Shown: in pieces, positions 9,518 through 18,196 of the stretch
Position numbering within the stretch: position 1 is the stretch's first letter
Layout: every line of letters begins with the position of its first letter
Made by a program: the position numbers and the translations under genes
NCBI GenBank assembly: GCA_963793425.1
Contig: CAWCAG010000005.1
Location: forward strand, 1,152,001 to 1,216,000
Source: an uncultured cyanobacterium
Lineage (GTDB): Bacteria > Cyanobacteriota > Cyanobacteriia > Cyanobacteriales > CAWCAG01
Direction: 5' to 3'
Length of the DNA: 64,000 bases
Notes under the pieces: generated by a model
Seen by the model: the letters and a program-made list of their open reading frames with translations, nothing else
Databases searched by the model: none
Told to the model about the DNA's origin: nothing

Positions 9518-10018
9518 TCAACTTTGCCAAGCTCTTTGTAACATTTGCCAAAGAGTTTGTACAGATTGCTTAAGTTGACGCTTGCGTTCCCACTTCAAAA
9601 AATCTTGTTCATAAGCTTCTCCTTTGCTTTGATAAGTTCTCCAAGCACTCAGAGAGAGAAACATACCAGAAATCAAAAGAGTATATACTGACCAAGAAAG
9701 ATGACTAGAACTGATTGAGTTGAGACTTACTAAAAAGACATTGATAATTGCATACTTGGCAACTTTCTGTTGTAGCTTTTCTTTTCGGTATAAATTAAAA
9801 GTTTGCCGTCTTTGGTCTATAAGTTGCTGAGATAGCCAATCTTGTTCCGCTTTCTGCATACATTCAAGGGGAATTTCTAATTCTGTGGCAATCTCCCAAA
9901 GTTCTTCTCTAGAAAACTCTTCTCGATCAGCTTGGCGAGTGATTGCCAGTTGCAGAATTTGTTGCAGTTGTTCTTGATTATAGGATGAGGGGGTTGAAAG
10001 TTCTGAAGCTGACATCAT
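9518..10018 (-). CDS. 2TM domain-containing protein
   Basis: YNQEQLQQILQLAI..Q, ELWEIATELEI, two hydrophobic segments. Confidence 0.8.
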   Translation of the reverse strand: MMSASELSTPSSYNQEQLQQILQLAITRQADREEFSREELWEIATELEIPLECMQKAEQDWLSQQLIDQRRQTFNLYRKEKLQQKVAKYAIINVFLVSLNSISSSHLSWSVYTLLISGMFLSLSAWRTYQSKGEAYEQDFLKWERKRQLKQSVQTLWQMLQRAWQS

Positions 10019-10273
10019 GCGATTACTGGGTTTGGGTTACAGGTAAGCGTCGCTGGGGTGAAGCAGCATTTACAAAGAAAATGGTCTAGGAATCCTAGTT
10101 ATATTATGCCTAACTTATTGAGGTAATGGCAGATCCTGAATTTGTCTTCATAACCGAACTTTAAAGGACGGCATTTACGGCAATCTGTTTGCGGTGGTTA
10201 TTTTTACACTTCGTTACAATGTTTTTATGGAGAAATAAAGTTTTTCCTAACTTAAGAAAAAAGGTCATTATTT

Positions 10274-11395
10274 ATGAACAATAATATTCGTGTTGGTAAT
10301 TTATTTGGTATTCCTTTCTTTATTAATCCCTCCTGGTTTTTAGTACTAGGATTAGTTACTTTATCTTTCGGGGGGCAGCTAGCTGGGTTTCCTCAGTTAT
10401 CAGGATTAGTACCTTGGATTTTAGGATTAATCACAGCTTTGTTATTGTTTGCTTCAGTATTGGCCCATGAATTGGGACATAGTGCTGCAGCTATTCAACA
10501 AGGAATTAGCGTCAAATCCATAACTCTTTTTATCTTTGGTGGTTTAGCTTCTTTAGAAAGGGAATCAAAAACTCCTGGAGAAGCCTTTCTCGTTGCGATC
10601 GCAGGGCCGTTAGTTAGTTTACTATTATTTGGCTTATTTACTATCTTGGCCCTCACCACAGGCGTTTCTGGACCTTTAGCAGTAATCATTAATCTGCTAG
10701 CTTCTATTAATTTAGTTTTAGCTTTATTTAACTTGCTGCCAGGTTTACCTTTAGACGGTGGTAATATTCTCAAAGCTTTGGTTTGGAAGGTTACCGGAAA
10801 TCCCTATAAAGGTGTAGTTTTTGCTAGTAGAGTTGGTCAGTTTTTTGGTTGGCTAGCAGTAATGGTCGGCGGCTTAGCTATCTTAGGAATTAGCCCTGTG
10901 GGTAGTTTCTGGACTCTATTAATTGGTTTCTTTTTACTACAAAATGCAGGATTTTCTGCCCAGTCAGCTAACCTTCAGGATAAACTCAACAATTTAACTG
11001 CCGCAGATGCAGTAATTCCTAACAGTCCAGTTATTTCTGCTGATTTGAATTTACGGGAATTTGCTAATAACTATGTAATTGGTAATGGTAAATGGCGTAA
11101 GTTTTTAGTAACGAATGAAGCCGAACAACTAATTGGTACTGTTGTTGTTGATGATATGAAATTAGTTTCTACCTCTTTATGGCCAGAAACTTCTATCCAA
11201 GAAGTGATGAAATCAACGGCTGAAACAATTACGGTGAATGCCCGCCAATCTCTTTTAGAAGTTGTACAATTACTTGAACAAAAAGAAGTTCAACAGCTAC
11301 CAGTTATTAGTGAAAATGGTACTGTGGTAGGGTTATTAGAAAAAGCATCAATTATGAGCTTATTACAAAAGCAGGGACAAACTAATCCTGCTTAA
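10274..11395 (+). CDS. Site-2 protease (M50) with CBS domains
   Basis: HELGH, AGPLVS, FNLLPGLPLDGG, C-terminal CBS pair. Confidence 0.93.
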   Translation: MNNNIRVGNLFGIPFFINPSWFLVLGLVTLSFGGQLAGFPQLSGLVPWILGLITALLLFASVLAHELGHSAAAIQQGISVKSITLFIFGGLASLERESKTPGEAFLVAIAGPLVSLLLFGLFTILALTTGVSGPLAVIINLLASINLVLALFNLLPGLPLDGGNILKALVWKVTGNPYKGVVFASRVGQFFGWLAVMVGGLAILGISPVGSFWTLLIGFFLLQNAGFSAQSANLQDKLNNLTAADAVIPNSPVISADLNLREFANNYVIGNGKWRKFLVTNEAEQLIGTVVVDDMKLVSTSLWPETSIQEVMKSTAETITVNARQSLLEVVQLLEQKEVQQLPVISENGTVVGLLEKASIMSLLQKQGQTNPA

Positions 11396-11422
11396 AGCTT
11401 AATACCAAGTAAAATAATTGAT

Positions 11423-11467
11423 GTAGAGACGTTAAACTTAACGTCTCTATTTCTTTAGAGACGTTAA
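11423..11467. repeat. GTAG-type REP palindrome plus partial second copy
   Basis: GTAGAGACGTTAAACTTAACGTCTCTA followed by TAGAGACGTTAA. Confidence 0.65.
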
Positions 11468-11557
11468 GTTTTACTATACAAATATACATAGGAACTGATA
11501 TATTCATCTGCCCAAGTAAAAAAGAAAACCTTGAATATTTTGCGAACTTAATTTTTA

Positions 11558-14011
11558 ATGCTGCTTCAATACTTTGAAAACCGCCCCAATCTTGCTGTTA
11601 ATTATGTATTAACCAGTACTTCCATATCTCTAAACTCCTTTTTGTGGTTTTTACTTATCCTTGCTTTGGTTTTGCTTTTTGCCAGATTAAGAAAAGTCAA
11701 GGAAAGAAACAATGAGGTTATTTTACGAGATCGCTACATAAGTGCCTTGATTGAGGTTCAATTTGAGTTACTAGCTTATTTAGGCAATTCCCACAGTTAT
11801 GAAAAAATTATCTTGACTTTAGGAAAAGCAGCCAGAGCTAGTCGAGTCTATATTTGGGAAAGTGACCTAAATAAAGAAAGTTCACTAACTCATTATCAAG
11901 TAGAATGGTGCGCTTCAGAAATTGCTTCTCCTAAAAAAGATCGTCTTTCTCAAACTTTTTACCAAGAAATACTTGCTAATAGAATCTCTTTTTTTTCTCA
12001 AGGTCAATATCTCCACGAAGTAGTTGAGGATTTACCAGGATTGGAAAAGAATTTTTTTATAGCTAGAGATGTTTTGTCGGTTTTAATCTTTCCTTTAATG
12101 GTTAACAAAGAATGTTGGGGAATTATTGGTTTTGAGAACTGTCTAGAAGCTAAGTTGTGGGAATCTATAGAAATAACTTGGTTACATTCATCCGCTAATG
12201 CTATTGCTTTAGCTCAAGCAAATCAAATTAGTAAAGAAGAGTTAGAAAAAGTCAATTTTCAACTAGAAGAAAGAGCAACTGAACGTAGTGCAAAGCTAAT
12301 TCAGACTAACGAAAAGCTTTTAAAAGAGCTTACACAAAGAAAGCAAATTCAAGAAAACCTTATTGAAAGCCAATTATCTTTAACTACTATCAATAGAATA
12401 TCCACTGGTATTATTGATGATTTATCGATTGAAAAAATTATAGCAGAAACTTTTCAAAGACTAGGTAAATATTATTTAGATATTAGTATAGCTTACGCAG
12501 TAAGGCATGGTAGAGGAGAGTTAGAAGTCAGATACCATTATAGTCATCCTGGAAGTAATGATAGTTTAATCGGCAAAAAAATAGAGCTTAATGTGGTTCC
12601 TAATTGCCTAGAAAATCTCTCCAAAGGAGCCATGATTATAGCCAATGATATAAGCAAAGAACCACAACTGCTTCCTCTTTTACCTCAACTTTCTAACCAT
12701 CAAATTGGCAGTTGGCTAGTTGCTTCCCTCCATAATAGTAAAAAGTTTTTTGGTTTAATCTACTTCTATACCTCAGAACCAAGAAACTGGAGTTATTATG
12801 AAATTTCTACTTTAAAAGAATCTGCTAAATATCTGTCCATTGCCCTTAAAAATTATCAAACCGAAACACAATTGCAAGAATATCGTAATCATCTTCAGCA
12901 GCTAGTTCAAGAACGCACTCAGTCTCTAGTAAAAACAAACCAGAAACTCAAAAAAGAAATTAGCGATCGCTTACAAGTTGAAGAAGCTTTACGCCATAGC
13001 GAAGATAGATTTAGAGTAACTTTTAATCAAGCTGCTATAGGAATCATTCAGACTGATTTAAAAGGAAACTTCCTTAACATGAATCCTAAGTTTTGCCAAA
13101 TCATTGGTTATTCTCGGAGTGAACTTCTTACCAAGAATATCGAGGAGATTACTCATCCTGATGATCGGGAAAATTCTTGGCAGTTATTTAGCCAATTATT
13201 AGCAGGAGAGACTTCTACATTTGTTCTAGAAGAGCGTTATGTCTGTAAAAATGGCAGCCTTATTTGGGCTAATTCAACTGCTTCTTTAGTCTATCTTCCT
13301 AATGGCAAACCCCACTATACTATCGGTATTATTGAAGATATTAGTGAGCGCAAAGAGATAAAAGAGAAAATCAAAGCTTCTTTACGAGAAAAGGAAATTC
13401 TCCTTAAAGAAATTCATCACAGAGTTAAAAACAACTTACACATAATTTCTAGCTTACTAGACTTACAATCTGACTATCTTGAAGACGAACGTTTTTCTAG
13501 TATTTTTGCCGATAGTCAAAGTCGCATTGAAACTATGGCCTTAGTTCACGAACAGCTTTATCAATCTAAAGATTTGAGGCAAATTAATCTAGAAGATTAT
13601 ATACATCGATTAATGGACAACTTAGCTATTTCCTACAACTGCGATTTGAGTATTATCTCACTGTTTGTAGAAGTTGAACCTGTCATTCTCAACTTAGAAA
13701 CAGCAATTCCCTGTGGTTTATTAATTAATGAATTAGTTACTAATTGTTTCAAATATGCCTTTCCCTATGGACGTAGCGGCAAAATTCACATTAAACTTCA
13801 ACAAAATACTGAAAAAAGAATCTGTTTAGCGGTTTGGGATAATGGTGTTGGCATTCCCCCCAGCGTTGATTGGCAAAATTCTAACTCTTTAGGCTTAGAA
13901 TTAGTGCATACATTAGCTGAGCAGTTGCACGCTGAAATAACTCTTGATCGTAAAAATGGTACTTCTTTTACTTTCAGATTTTTTCAACTCAACTACAAAG
14001 CCAGATTTTAA
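11558..14011 (+). CDS. Sensor histidine kinase (TM-GAF-GAF-PAS-HisKA_2)
   Basis: LLKEIHHRVKNNL H-box, ITHPDD PAS motif, NELVTNCFKYAF, DNGVG, SLGLEL. Confidence 0.92.
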   Translation: MLLQYFENRPNLAVNYVLTSTSISLNSFLWFLLILALVLLFARLRKVKERNNEVILRDRYISALIEVQFELLAYLGNSHSYEKIILTLGKAARASRVYIWESDLNKESSLTHYQVEWCASEIASPKKDRLSQTFYQEILANRISFFSQGQYLHEVVEDLPGLEKNFFIARDVLSVLIFPLMVNKECWGIIGFENCLEAKLWESIEITWLHSSANAIALAQANQISKEELEKVNFQLEERATERSAKLIQTNEKLLKELTQRKQIQENLIESQLSLTTINRISTGIIDDLSIEKIIAETFQRLGKYYLDISIAYAVRHGRGELEVRYHYSHPGSNDSLIGKKIELNVVPNCLENLSKGAMIIANDISKEPQLLPLLPQLSNHQIGSWLVASLHNSKKFFGLIYFYTSEPRNWSYYEISTLKESAKYLSIALKNYQTETQLQEYRNHLQQLVQERTQSLVKTNQKLKKEISDRLQVEEALRHSEDRFRVTFNQAAIGIIQTDLKGNFLNMNPKFCQIIGYSRSELLTKNIEEITHPDDRENSWQLFSQLLAGETSTFVLEERYVCKNGSLIWANSTASLVYLPNGKPHYTIGIIEDISERKEIKEKIKASLREKEILLKEIHHRVKNNLHIISSLLDLQSDYLEDERFSSIFADSQSRIETMALVHEQLYQSKDLRQINLEDYIHRLMDNLAISYNCDLSIISLFVEVEPVILNLETAIPCGLLINELVTNCFKYAFPYGRSGKIHIKLQQNTEKRICLAVWDNGVGIPPSVDWQNSNSLGLELVHTLAEQLHAEITLDRKNGTSFTFRFFQLNYKARF

Positions 14012-14108
14012 CTTATACATTAAGATATGCGCGATCACAAACACCTTTCCCTGATGCTAGAAATAACCAGAGCAAGAAAGTCTCAGCAAAATCGCTAAAA
14101 CTATTTTT

Positions 14109-15251
14109 ATGCTGACAGTAAACAAGCAGGTGAATCAGGAAAGACAACATACTTCCCCAGCCAAAATCTTGGTTGTAGAAGATGAGTTGATTGTTGCCAA
14201 AAACCTGACTCGTAGCCTAGAAAAACAAGGCTATCATGTAACGGGAGTAGCTAGTTCCGGGAAGCTAGCTATTGAAAAAGCAAGAGAAACCCAGCCTAAT
14301 CTAGTTTTAATGGATATCACTCTTCAAGGGGATTTAGATGGTATCGAAACTGCCGAGATCATTAGCTCTCAACTTCATATTCCCATTATCTATATGACAG
14401 CCCACGCTGATGATTCTACTTTAGATAGAGCCAAAAGAACAGGACCCTATGGTTATTTAGTCAAGCCTTTTAAACCTCAAGATACCAAAACTACCATAGA
14501 AATGGCTTTAGCTAAACATAGTGCCGATCAACAAAGGGAAACAATCCTTTTAGAAGAAAAAGAACTCAACACTCTTAAAACTCGCTTTCTTTCTATGGCT
14601 GCCCATGATCTCCGGACTCCTCTCACTGCGATCGCGGGTTCTGCGGAATTGCTCAATTTGTATAGCCAAAAGGGTGATTTTAAGCAAAAAGGTGAAAAAT
14701 GTTTCCATCGTATTCAAACAAGTGTAGATTGCATGAATCAGATGCTGGAGGATCTCTCTATTTTAGGTGAATCTCAATTAGCACAATTACCTTTTAACCC
14801 AGTTTCAGTCGATATTGTAGCATTTTGTCAAGATTTAGTCAACGAATTTCAAACTATTTCTCAAGCTCAAATTATCTTTATTGAGGACAGAAAAAACATT
14901 CAAGGGCAAATGGATATTCAGGGTTTGCGCCACATCTTAATGAATTTGCTTTCCAATGCCATCAAATATTCCCCTGATGAAGACACCATTGAATTCACTC
15001 TTACTTCTGAAAATAAAACAGCTATCTTTGTAATCAAAGATCAAGGTATTGGTATTCCTCAAGAGGACTTAGAACGTCTTTTCGAGCCATTTTGTCGTGC
15101 AAAGAATGTCGGAAAAGTTAAAGGTAGCGGCTTAGGACTAGCAATTGTTAAGCAATTTGTTGATCTTCACAAAGGTACAATTAAAGTTGAGAGTCAAATT
15201 GGTCAAGGAACTACTTTAACTCTAACTATGCCTTTAATAGCTTCGTCGTAG
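14109..15251 (+). CDS. Hybrid receiver / histidine kinase
   Basis: ILVVED, LMDI, KPF receiver; HDLRTPL, NLLSNAIKYS, DQGIG, GSGLGL. Confidence 0.93.
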   Translation: MLTVNKQVNQERQHTSPAKILVVEDELIVAKNLTRSLEKQGYHVTGVASSGKLAIEKARETQPNLVLMDITLQGDLDGIETAEIISSQLHIPIIYMTAHADDSTLDRAKRTGPYGYLVKPFKPQDTKTTIEMALAKHSADQQRETILLEEKELNTLKTRFLSMAAHDLRTPLTAIAGSAELLNLYSQKGDFKQKGEKCFHRIQTSVDCMNQMLEDLSILGESQLAQLPFNPVSVDIVAFCQDLVNEFQTISQAQIIFIEDRKNIQGQMDIQGLRHILMNLLSNAIKYSPDEDTIEFTLTSENKTAIFVIKDQGIGIPQEDLERLFEPFCRAKNVGKVKGSGLGLAIVKQFVDLHKGTIKVESQIGQGTTLTLTMPLIASS

Positions 15252-15260
15252 TTAGTAAAT

Positions 15261-15626
15261 TCAAGTCCAGGACTTCAAAATCCAGCCACAAAGGATACCC
15301 AAGCCTCCAAACCTAACCGCTTGCCAGAAAGGTTCCTTGAAGCTACCCCAGCTAAACAAACGACTTTCTAAGTTGAGTTCAATAGTTTCTAGTTCCTGTT
15401 GAACTTGTCGTAATTCTGCTTTAATTTGCTGGTAATTACTAGAACTACGTTTTTGTTTGTGGAGTTGCTTTTGTTCTTGCTGAAGCTGTGTTTGCCTATT
15501 TTGCGAATGAGTCACCTGCTTATAGCGTTCCTTAACAGCTATCAATAATTCTTCAACCTCTAATAAAGCTTTCTCTATTTCTGGATCGCCATTTTCTAAG
15601 AATTTTGGCTCTTTAGGTGGATTCAT
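15261..15626 (-). CDS. Conserved cyanobacterial coiled-coil membrane protein
   Basis: Coiled coil followed by LESRLFSW..FWQAVRFGGLG. Confidence 0.75.
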   Translation of the reverse strand: MNPPKEPKFLENGDPEIEKALLEVEELLIAVKERYKQVTHSQNRQTQLQQEQKQLHKQKRSSSNYQQIKAELRQVQQELETIELNLESRLFSWGSFKEPFWQAVRFGGLGILCGWILKSWT

Positions 15627-15703
15627 CTGTTGCCATAGAGTAGTATTTAGATTGCGGCGATAAACTTAAAATCTTAACTTCAACATTTCTATCACAAAAA
15701 TCT

Positions 15704-15997
15704 ATGTCTCAACTAACCCAGCGATCGCACTCCCAAGCAACTCTAGATGAAGTGAGTACCCTAGAGTTGGCACAAGCCCTGGCAGAGCGCTTAAGCATCA
15801 AGCCTAATGATTGGCATCGTCTTAAAGCTAACCGCCCTGCCCAAGCTAGCCAGCAAGCTGCCGCAGCTTTAGTCTTCTTATTAAGAGACAACTCCCAAGA
15901 GGCATTAGTGAGATTTAAGCAAGCTGTAGGGTGGTTAGATCGTTCTATTTCTGCTCCTCCCTGCCCGACTCATGGGGCCAAGAAAGACCAAGCTTAG
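15704..15997 (+). CDS. Conserved cyanobacterial hypothetical protein (DUF6439-like)
   Basis: ELAQALAERL.I.PNDWHRLK, C-terminal PPCPTHG. Confidence 0.75.
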   Translation: MSQLTQRSHSQATLDEVSTLELAQALAERLSIKPNDWHRLKANRPAQASQQAAAALVFLLRDNSQEALVRFKQAVGWLDRSISAPPCPTHGAKKDQA

Positions 15998-16000
15998 GGT

Positions 16001-16453
16001 TCAGGTTACTAAAGTAGGTCTTAGCTTAGTTTTCCTCATCTGCTTGTAAAGCATCAACTGAGTTCCTTGAGAGTTCCAATTAACTTCATCAAAAACTTGG
16101 TTTAAGATACAAAGTCCTCTACCGCTTTCAGACTCTTCTGGAGGCAAGTGTTCTTCTGGATGAATGCTGCACTCGCAAGTAGGAGCAAAACCAGAACCTT
16201 CATCAGAAATAATCCAAAAATAACTATCCTCTAAGATGGAAAATTCTACTGCGACAGTTTTGCTAGGGTCGAGCTTGTTACCATGCTTAGCAGCATTAAC
16301 CAGTGCCTCTTGCAGTCCTAACCTCAACTCGGCTTGCAACTCACCAGGTATTTTAGCCAGAAGTAAATCTAGAATTGGACAAAGATAGAGGGTAGAGGCA
16401 AAGCTCATTTTAGACCATTCTTGTCTACTTGGAAGCATTGATATAGCAATCAC
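16001..16453 (-). CDS. pmgA: Anti-sigma-factor-like HATPase PmgA
   Basis: SFASTLYLCPILDLLL, LRLGLQEALVNAAKHGN.LDP.K, GRG; GTG start at 16453 (VIAIS...). Confidence 0.8.
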   Translation of the reverse strand: MIAISMLPSRQEWSKMSFASTLYLCPILDLLLAKIPGELQAELRLGLQEALVNAAKHGNKLDPSKTVAVEFSILEDSYFWIISDEGSGFAPTCECSIHPEEHLPPEESESGRGLCILNQVFDEVNWNSQGTQLMLYKQMRKTKLRPTLVT

Positions 16454-16486
16454 ATCATAAACCTCTAGCTTTGATAACAAAAGAAG

Positions 16487-17873
16487 GTGAACTACCTACA
16501 CTGACCTGACGGTACAGTGTAGGCTTCCTGCCCAACAGAAAGCGTAGTAGTGGATTTCTTGCGTCCTCCCTTACTCCGACTTACATCTGGGCGACAGGCT
16601 TTATCCCCCGTTCCAGAGGTTAAAATTCGTAGTCCCTCATCTCTGAGGTTAATAGATGCATTCACATCCCTATCATGTTTTGTATGACAGTTTTCGCAAG
16701 TCCAGAATCTTATATTTAGCGGTAAACTGCCAACTTGATTCAAGCACATACAACAGGTTTTTGAACTAGGGAAAAATCTATCAACTTCCTGATATATTTT
16801 TCCTGACATTTCTGCTTTGTATTTCAGCATTGTGCAAAACATTGCCCACCCTACTTGATGGATGGATTTAGCCAAACAATGATTTTGCATCATGCCTTTA
16901 ACATTGAGATTTTCAACCACAATAACTTGGTTTTCGTTGACCATCCTACGAGATAGCTTGTGTAGAAAATCTTCACGACAGTTAGTTATTTTTCTATGAA
17001 CTCTAGCAACTTTCCTTCTGGCTTTAATACGGTTATTAGAACCTTTCTGTTTTCTAGATAGTTGCTGCTGTTTTAGCTTTAAATTCTTTTCATGTTTGGT
17101 TAAAAATCTAGGATTATCAAACTTTGACCCATCACTAGTAACGGCAAAGTGGGTCAACCCCAAATCAATACCTATTGCTTTACCATCAATGCTTGCAGAA
17201 GGTTTATCCTTGCCATCGTTAAACACAATAGCCGCAAAATATTGATTGGAACAATTTTTGGATATGGTTACAGTTTTAACTTTTCCATCAATCGGTCTAT
17301 GAATTGTTGCTGATACACTCCCTATTTTAGGCAGAATTAAATAATTATCAGCAACCTTGACGTTTTGAGGATATTGTATTGACTGCTTACCATGTTTTGA
17401 TTTGAATCTAGGGTATTTAGCTCGTTTTTCAAAGAAATTATTGAAAGCTACACCCAAATTTAAGCAGACTTGTTGCAAGCATTGTGAATAAGTCGAAGTT
17501 AACCATTTATACTCTTTTTTTAACTGGGGAATTATCTTTTTTACTGCGTAGCCAGATAAACCCTTACCAGTTTCTTTGTATGTTTGATTCATCAAATTCA
17601 GGCAGTAATTCCAAAGCCAACGACAACAGCCAAAAGACTGCGCTAGAGACTGCTGTTGTTGGGCATCTGGATATAACCTGACTTTGACGACTTTTAACAT
17701 ATTAGAGTAAACAAAGTTTGCTATAAAAGAGTATAACATTTCTATTTGTTCGTTTCCTCCATGTTTTGCTCCCTGTTCTTCCTGCGGAAGAATTTAGTCA
17801 CAAAACTGTCGTCAACTCACGCGCAATTCATCTCAACACTTACCGCGAAGCGGAAGTGTGAGGCTTCTTGCTG
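16487..17873 (-). mobile_element. IS200/IS605-family element carrying TnpB only
   Basis: On the minus strand: TTGAA, then CAGCAAGAAGC-CTCACACTTCCGC-TTC-GCGGTAAGTGTTGAG left-end hairpin; right-end hairpin CCTACACTG...CAGTGTAGG followed by TAGTTCAC; no intact tnpA. Confidence 0.8.
16492..17700 (-). CDS. tnpB: RNA-guided endonuclease TnpB
   Basis: KVRLYP..FGCCR.LWN HTH; RuvC IGIDLG / VVENL / HDRDVNAS; zinc ribbon CCMC..CENC. Confidence 0.95.
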   Translation of the reverse strand: MLKVVKVRLYPDAQQQQSLAQSFGCCRWLWNYCLNLMNQTYKETGKGLSGYAVKKIIPQLKKEYKWLTSTYSQCLQQVCLNLGVAFNNFFEKRAKYPRFKSKHGKQSIQYPQNVKVADNYLILPKIGSVSATIHRPIDGKVKTVTISKNCSNQYFAAIVFNDGKDKPSASIDGKAIGIDLGLTHFAVTSDGSKFDNPRFLTKHEKNLKLKQQQLSRKQKGSNNRIKARRKVARVHRKITNCREDFLHKLSRRMVNENQVIVVENLNVKGMMQNHCLAKSIHQVGWAMFCTMLKYKAEMSGKIYQEVDRFFPSSKTCCMCLNQVGSLPLNIRFWTCENCHTKHDRDVNASINLRDEGLRILTSGTGDKACRPDVSRSKGGRKKSTTTLSVGQEAYTVPSGQCR

Positions 17874-18196
17874 TTCAAGCTAAATATTCTATTTCTAGCT
17901 CTATTATAACCAAACTGAGTACAAATACGTCAATTGATTGTCCATAACTATTCATTTCATGACCATCATTCCTTTGGTTCTTTTCCTGTTAAAGCCCAAA
18001 CCAAATAAGCTTTTTGAGGTGAAAACTTCTTACCTGTATTGAGGTGACGTACCTGAAAATGGAGATGGGGCCAGTGCTTCTGCCTGTATTTCCTGTTTTC
18101 CCTACTAATTTTCCTGCTGCTACTTCCAAAGGAGAGCTGTTAGTCTTGTCTGCACACCAAGACAGATGCAGAACATCAAATTGTAGTTCAGGTAAA

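Noticed and set aside
17701..17830. tnpA gene within the IS element
   Set aside because: Only about 130 nt lie between the tnpB start and the left-end hairpin, with no HUH/Y1 or serine-recombinase ORF.
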